Below, in pieces: positions 63,040 to 64,000 of a DNA stretch of 64,000 nt. Positions within the stretch are counted from its first letter, which is position 1, and each line of letters opens with the position of its first letter. The stretch spans positions 56,792,001 through 56,856,000 of the forward strand of contig NC_042999.1 of the NCBI RefSeq assembly GCF_006345805.1, read 5' to 3'. The DNA comes from Octopus sinensis. Lineage: Eukaryota. Under the pieces are notes generated by a model. It was not told where the DNA came from. It was given only the letters and a program-made list of their open reading frames with translations, and made no database searches. The position numbers and the translations under genes were made by a program.

Positions 63040-63436
63040 CTATTTAAGAAGAGTGGCCCCCAGTGCGCGCACTCGCGCATCCGCGCACTCGCGCATCCGC
63101 GCTAGCTAGTCGTGACTAGTCGATCCTACAACGACTAAAATAAAAATAACACACTACCTGTTTTTGGTACCCCCATCATACTCTGAAAACGTCATTTTAC
63201 GTTATTCTAACTTTCAACCGAATTTGTACGAACATTTGTTATAGGAGCGACAAAATTTTCGGAATGGCTCACCTTGAAATGGGTGTATTTTGGTATCACA
63301 TCTATTTGTTTAAAAAAAAACCTATTTGTTAAAAAAAAAAAATCTAATACTTTGCATACGCGCACACGCGCTAGGTAGTCATAGTAAGATCGACTAGCTA
63401 GCGCGGATGCGCACCGGGACCACTCTTCTTAAATAG
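63040..63436. mobile_element. CpG-rich MITE with TA TSD
   Basis: ta-CTATTTAAGAAGAGTGG / CCACTCTTCTTAAATAG-ta. Confidence 0.75.
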
Positions 63437-64000
63437 TACTGCGATTGCAAATGTCTTAGCTATGACTGTCGGCCGGTCTTGGTTAAATTTCTTCCAATCA
63501 CTTGAAGTATCTCAGATTTTCACCTGATTATATATATATTTTTAATGTAGTTTTGATGTTGTTTTGTGGGCTGAGGACGAAAATTGAGACTTATTTATTA
63601 TTGAGTTCTAGCAATTAATAATAGAAATTATAGTAGAAATCATTAATTTCTAGTAAAAAAAAAAAGGAAAGAAAAAACGAATGCACTTTTCGTCATCAGC
63701 GTGCAAAGCCACATCAAAATCAAACTTTTTGAAAATATATCTGGTGAAATTTGAAATACTTTGGTTGGTTTGAAGAAATGTAGCAAGATTTGTGTTGGTA
63801 TCTGGTAGATACAGTTGTCATCTTTTAATGTCTAAAAGATGTGGAATTTTGGAGAATACAAAAGGAGATTGGCAGACAATCGAGGAATGTATGAGACAAA
63901 CAAGTTGCTCAGTGGGGTGAATTTTAAGAAATACAGTGAACTGGTGAATTAAGGGATTTGTTAAATATCAAGAAATCTTTTTGCAATAGAAATACATGTT

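Noticed and set aside
1-64000. CRISPR arrays, operons or other prokaryotic systems
   Set aside because: The sequence is spliced, SINE-rich animal DNA with no regularly spaced repeat-spacer array.

Overview
Repeat-rich, AT-rich eukaryotic genomic DNA. The SINE, RTE and CR1 repeat families look like those of an octopus or other coleoid cephalopod (from recall, not a database search). The window holds one complete spliced gene on the minus strand, NHEJ1 (XLF/Cernunnos). I reconstructed 7 coding exons by hand (47828-47631, 41184-40990, 40743-40605, 37916-37855, 35475-35355, 9182-9019 or 9182-9073, 7240-7148), giving 323 or 305 aa with consistent intron phases. Its 26-kb phase-1 intron 5 contains a same-strand exon with six zinc fingers (24565-23808). 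This exon has no start codon ahead of the fingers and has a phase-1 acceptor, so it could be an alternative terminal exon producing an XLF-zinc-finger fusion protein; this is the top finding. The rest is tRNA-derived SINEs, RTE, CR1 and Penelope-like fragments, MITEs and microsatellites. Unusual structures include a circularly permuted inverted duplication, an ORF1-only retroelement with a 10-bp target-site duplication (TSD), a SINE flanked by 114-bp direct repeats, and several long hairpins in NHEJ1 intron 1. Most ORFs in the supplied track are SINE or microsatellite artefacts. Repeat boundaries are approximate to within tens of bases unless a TSD is stated.
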